Source: Cyanophyceae cyanobacterium
GTDB taxonomy: Bacteria > Cyanobacteriota > Cyanobacteriia > Cyanobacteriales > Laspinemataceae
Reading direction: 5' to 3'
DNA: 64,000 nucleotides
Assembly: GCA_038321985.1 (NCBI GenBank)
Contig: JBBQFN010000021.1
Location: 26,875-90,874, forward strand
Positions 60,012 to 64,000 of this stretch are shown here, piece by piece (the first letter of the stretch is position 1; every line of letters begins with the position of its first letter). The notes beneath the pieces were generated by a model. That model was given only the letters and a program-made list of their open reading frames with translations, did not search any database and had not been told where the DNA came from. The position numbers were made by a program, and so were the translations under genes.

Positions 60012-60304
60012 GATAGATTCTCCCAATTTTTGGCGGTTTGGTCGAGATAGAAATTTAGGGTTAATTCATGCAACAAAACCTCTTATTTTTCCCTTGGGGT
60101 AGAGTCACTTAAACTCAAGCCAAGGGAGATAATTTTTGCTTTCTTCAAGAGTGGGAAAGAAAGCCGAGGATTTCGTGCTTCACTATTGTAGCGAATCTGT
60201 GGCAGTGGAGAAGTAAATTAGGGGTTGTGAGTGGTCGAGTTGGCTTGGCGATCGCCCGATAGCTTTACTCATTGCCGGGAATTGAAATCTGGGATAAATG
60301 AGTG

Positions 60305-61054
60305 TTAGTGAATGAATTGCAATAACTCGCGCTGTTGCCACAGCATTAATACACCTGTAATTGCCATCGTCGCCAGTGCCAGTTGACGAAACTGCTGGTT
60401 GCTCATACTCCGGAGGACGTAACGACCGAGGAAATTACCCGGTGCTGCGGCCAGTCCGATCGCCAATCCATATCCCATATGCTGCGGCGTCATCGCACCA
60501 TAGGCTAAATAAATCATAATTTTGACAATATGAATCACCACGACGTTAGCCGCTTTGGTGGCAATCATTTCTTCTTTAACTAATCCGTATTTGAGGTAAA
60601 GCGGATTCAAGAGGGGACCACTACTGCCAATCAGTCCAGAAACAAAGGCATACAGAAATCCCGCAGGCAAAAAATACCAGGTTTTAATAGGGAAACTACT
60701 TTCGCGTTTTTTGACTCCACATCCCAAGACGCTCAAGAGGAGGAATAAGCCGATCAGGAGTTGCAGCCATTCCAGATGGATTTGAGTGAACAGATACGCG
60801 CCTAAAATCGCACCTGCGATCGCACCGGGTAGATACCAAAAGGTAATTTTCCAGTTGATGTGACTCCAGAATAAAAAGATCCGCTGCGAATTTCCTAGCA
60901 GCATCCCGATAGTAATCACGGGTGCCACTGCGCCAGAGCCGAGTAAAAGGCTAACCAGTGGAATTAAAAGGAGGGGGCTGCCTGCGGCGGCTAGGGTACT
61001 GGTAAACCAGGACACAAAACTAGCTAGGGTTAACCAAACAAGGAGTATGGACAC
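60305..61054 (-). CDS. sulfite exporter TauE/SafE family protein
   Basis: About 8 TM segments; GS.LLLIP and SGLIGSSGP repeat motifs. Confidence 0.85.
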   Translation of the reverse strand: MSILLVWLTLASFVSWFTSTLAAAGSPLLLIPLVSLLLGSGAVAPVITIGMLLGNSQRIFLFWSHINWKITFWYLPGAIAGAILGAYLFTQIHLEWLQLLIGLFLLLSVLGCGVKKRESSFPIKTWYFLPAGFLYAFVSGLIGSSGPLLNPLYLKYGLVKEEMIATKAANVVVIHIVKIMIYLAYGAMTPQHMGYGLAIGLAAAPGNFLGRYVLRSMSNQQFRQLALATMAITGVLMLWQQRELLQFIH

Positions 61055-61250
61055 GAATGGAACGGCTGCTAAAGTTCTTCATGTATTATTCTCCCATTTT
61101 TAACCGAATTTTAACCTGGGAGATTTGTCACAAATAGTAGAATTTGGGCGGCACTCATGGAAGTTCTGGAAGAAAAGCTAGGAAAGATACTTTAAGTGAG
61201 TGATCCGTTAACTCTGTATGGTTCAAGCGGCGATCGTCATCTCCAGACAA

Positions 61251-61286
61251 TAAAAAACCCTCTCCTGGGGTGAGGAGCGGGGTTTT
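61251..61286 (-). terminator. intrinsic terminator with no convincing CDS immediately upstream
   Basis: Minus strand CCCGCTCCT-CACCCC-AGGAGAGGG followed by TTTTTT. Confidence 0.6.
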
Positions 61287-61453
61287 CAAAGGAAGGTGTA
61301 CCAGCATATTTATCTTTCTGCTTCTATTGTGCAATGAGTCTCCATGCCTGTCATCCGGAAAAATACGAGAGTTTGCTGTAGCGGCCATCCGTAATTTTGC
61401 CGATCGCGCTTTTCTAGTTCACTCTTCTTAATTTTGCAAAAATTTCCCCTAAC

Positions 61454-61486
61454 TTATAATAATTCTCAATAATTTTCAATAATTTC
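61454..61486. promoter_or_regulatory. Fur/PerR-type AT-rich operator
   Basis: TTATAATAATTCTCAATAATTTTCAATAATTTC: three 10-bp AATAATTYTC-like units resembling Per/Fur boxes. Confidence 0.5.
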
Positions 61487-61684
61487 GGCGGTTTATATAG
61501 TCATATAATCGGTCTAACTCAAGCTACCATTACGCTTGCGGGGCAATCCCACCGGGTTTGCCCCGTTCCAGATGACACGGCTGCAAAATTCTATTGCGAG
61601 TCAGTGCCGATAATTTTAATCACAATTCCAGACTCCGGTAAAAAGGTACTGAAACTCTAGCTTTTACCGTTTAGCTTGACGGGT

Positions 61685-62077
61685 CTAACCCAGTTCCTCA
61701 TCGTTGTTGTTTTCTGGGGGATGGGGAAATATTTTTGCCATCATGTAGCGCGGGTTGAATTGACCCGGTGGCTCGCTGGGGCTATCGCCGCCATTGGGGG
61801 GAGCAATACAGACGGCTGTTTGATGAACTCCTGCCATAATCGCCGTGACTCCCTTGATGATCGCATTGATATGTTCGATCAGGTTTTGAGCTTGCTCTAG
61901 ATCCGGTGTCAAAATAAAAAAGGTTTTGACTCCCGTGGGAGAAGGCGCAAGGCCAAATTGACATTCTCTTAGCAATTCTTGAGTCTGGCGATCTACCGAG
62001 TCGTAGAAGCGGTTGAACAAGGCTTGATAAAATGATTCAGCAAGCTGGCGATCGCCAAAGCTGGGTTTATACAACAT
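61685..62077 (-). CDS. hypothetical protein
   Basis: About 130-aa ORF from MLYKPSF with protein-like composition. Confidence 0.7.
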   Translation of the reverse strand: MLYKPSFGDRQLAESFYQALFNRFYDSVDRQTQELLRECQFGLAPSPTGVKTFFILTPDLEQAQNLIEHINAIIKGVTAIMAGVHQTAVCIAPPNGGDSPSEPPGQFNPRYMMAKIFPHPPENNNDEELG

Positions 62078-63185
62078 AATAACTCTCAAAGGTAACAGCG
62101 TTTGTAGGGTTTGACAATACGGCTATCGTTCTAGTGTGGCCGTTTTTAATGTGACTCACTGCGATCGCTATCTAGGTAGTAATGTGACTTTCATCAGAAT
62201 TTGCAGTGATGCAAATCCGGCCAACAGTGTCTTTTCAGTCTAACTTTTGCTCAGCTTGATCCGGGCTGCTTTTGCCTCAACTGTGCTTTTGCTACAGTCG
62301 GCATTCAGGCAACGACCTCACTGATTAACTCTCAAAGACCAGTCCACAGCAAGTGGGGATCAGCGATCGCCACGGGGTTGTCTTGAGAAGTTAGAACTGA
62401 TACAGCAAAGACCCCGCTCATCTGTTTTCGTTCCTTTTCGTCTCCTTTTAACCCTAAACGAGCGAATTTTTCATAACTGACGAAGGACAGAAAGCACCGG
62501 TCAATCAGAAGGTTGGCTACCCATCGACTTGGCTTGCAGCTCGTTTCTTACGATGTTCCTACTTGTTTCAGGTTACTCCAAGCCGGCGCAATCCGACCCC
62601 ACCTCCAGAATTGTGATCAGTGCGTTAGGACCTCTTGGGTATCCCTTAACTACCGGACTGAGGGAGGAAGCGGACCCCCACGGTTCCTAAATGGCGCACC
62701 GAGATTGATTCTACTCTTATCTTTCCTCCTTTCGCTCCGTTATAAACTAATGTAACGATTTTTCTTTCCCCAAACCATGAGACTACAGGTGGATAGGATA
62801 GAAATTTCTATCCGTAGGTATAGAGTACCCCCACTTCCCCCGGCCACAAGCAGCTTGATTCCCAGGTTTCGACCCGACTGCGCCTGGGTGTAGTTTGGAG
62901 TTAAAAACTAAAAATGGGTCTGCTTTTTATAACAATTCTTCCCCCGAATCTTGACAAAATTACAGGCTCATGGTTTTCATCAAAAAAGACCACCGCTTTT
63001 TTTGAGGAGTGAGGGTCTAGCCTTGGGGTAAAAATTCGGACATATTTTAGGGTGCGAGCAGCCCATACGCTTCTATGAACAACGATAAGGTGTGCGATAT
63101 CTGTTGTCGCGATCGCAGCGGAATGGCTACACTGTAATTTTAATAAAGACCTATTGAGCAATCACCGACTCACGAGGATTAAACT

Positions 63186-63392
63186 ATGGCAAATTACGAC
63201 CTGCGAGGAGAACTTTATCGCGGCTGGATCGTGGTTCCCATTCTGGCTGAAGAGATATTTTTTTATGAATTTCATAGTCCCGAGGGATACCGCAATATCA
63301 ACCTGAGACCCTTTAATACACCTGAAGATGCGATCGCCTGTGCCAGAGAGGAAATCGATCAAATTATTGAAATTTTTGAAAAGGCCGCTTAA
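63186..63392 (+). CDS. small hypothetical protein (68 aa)
   Basis: GAGGA RBS; YRGW...F.TPEDAIACAREEID pattern. Confidence 0.7.
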   Translation: MANYDLRGELYRGWIVVPILAEEIFFYEFHSPEGYRNINLRPFNTPEDAIACAREEIDQIIEIFEKAA

Positions 63393-63429
63393 CTCCGGCA
63401 GATGATTAGAGCATTGGTGAACTCCCCGT

Positions 63430-63499
63430 AGAAACCGGCTTTCTAGACAAAAACAATAGAGATCATCTTTATAGGGGTAGGGTAATCAACCCGCTTTCT
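63430..63499. repeat. degenerate AGAAACCGGGTTTCT-family doublet
   Basis: AGAAACCGGCTTTCT (63430) and ATCAACCCGCTTTCT (63485). Confidence 0.5.
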
Positions 63500-63598
63500 G
63501 CTCCCCCTCATCTTCTGTATCCATTGCCCCGGAAGGGTTTAAAGAGCCTGATAAGCCCCGCTTATCACTCGTATCAGAACTGCTGTAGGTGAAAACCC

Positions 63599-63627
63599 TT
63601 TACAAACCGTTACAAAAGCATTAATCT
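63599..63627 (+). promoter_or_regulatory. psbA promoter with HLR1 (RpaB) element
   Basis: TTTACAAA-CC-GTTACAAA fits HLR1; -35 TTTACA, 17-bp spacer, -10 TAATCT. Confidence 0.75.
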
Positions 63628-63673
63628 AAAAACATCATAACTACCTCGACAACCAAATAGCAATCATAAAACT

Positions 63674-64000
63674 ATGACCACCACTTTACAGCAGCGCGAA
63701 AGCGCTAATCTGTGGGACCGCTTCTGCGAATGGGTCGCCTCCACCGAAAACCGCCTTTATATCGGCTGGTTCGGCGTGTTGATGATTCCGACTCTCTTAA
63801 GCGCTACCGTTTGCTACATCATCGCCTTCATCGCGGCACCCCCCGTTGATATCGATGGGATCCGCGAACCTGTTGCCGGTTCTTTGCTTTACGGAAACAA
63901 CATCATCTCTGGTGCGGTTGTTCCTTCCTCTAACGCAATTGGCTTGCACTTCTACCCCATCTGGGAAGCAGCTAGCTTGGATGAGTGGCTCTACAATGGT
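63674..64000 (+). CDS. psbA: photosystem II D1 protein, 5' part (runs off the window; missing from the ORF track)
   Basis: [39 protein letters not shown]...[26 protein letters not shown]...[19 protein letters not shown]. Confidence 0.99.
   Translation, partial: MTTTLQQRESANLWDRFCEWVASTENRLYIGWFGVLMIPTLLSATVCYIIAFIAAPPVDIDGIREPVAGSLLYGNNIISGAVVPSSNAIGLHFYPIWEAASLDEWLYNG

Larger units (their letters stand above)
1..64000. repeat. HIP1 octamer GCGATCGC dispersed through the window
   Basis: Very frequent in genes and intergenic DNA; an established cyanobacterial signature. Confidence 0.95.

Noticed and set aside
62224..62240. ACAGTGTCTTTTC resembling the 5' end of the IsaR1 sRNA as I recall it
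   Set aside because: No adjacent Fur box and no terminator at the expected distance; the match is too short.
62476..62495. CTGACGA...GAAA hammerhead-like core
   Set aside because: The six bases between the motifs (AGGACA) cannot form stem II.
62901..63362. Minus-strand ORFs 62901-63161 and 63162-63362
   Set aside because: No recognisable motifs; the second is antisense to the better-supported 63186-63392 gene.

Overview
Chromosomal segment of a cyanobacterium: it has dense HIP1 (GCGATCGC) sites, psbA, pentapeptide-repeat, Uma2 and XisI genes, and its repeat families suggest a filamentous Oscillatoriales-type genome (inference). Core genes are gltB/gltD (NADH-GOGAT), hisG, ribD, aspA/fumC-family lyase, the 5' part of psbA and two peroxiredoxin loci. 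It also carries many signalling genes (three PAS/GAF/CHASE4 kinases, an RcaC-like regulator, a REC-GGDEF-EAL protein, an RppA-like regulator), tandem serpins, tandem TPR genes and a stand-alone CHAT protein. Main observation: gltB and gltD are separated by about 7.9 kb of small accessory genes. Inside that region lies an unannotated second copy of the gltB 3' end plus its downstream hairpin (12567-12623 vs 15928-15982), whose differences in the last six codons are synonymous. The two copies bracket a 3.3 kb integrase-free islet (PD-(D/E)XK nuclease in inverted REP-like repeats, orphan XisI, orphan YgiT antitoxin with a toxin relic). Other items: palindrome doublets with a fixed spacing of about 53 bp, a REP/REPIN-like family, a DXCF cyanobacteriochrome kinase with a decayed N-terminus and a Cys-less second GAF, and candidate non-coding RNAs at about 61.3 kb and 62.3-62.7 kb. 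No rRNA, tRNA, CRISPR array, transposase or integrase was recognised. All calls are by eye; no database searches were run.
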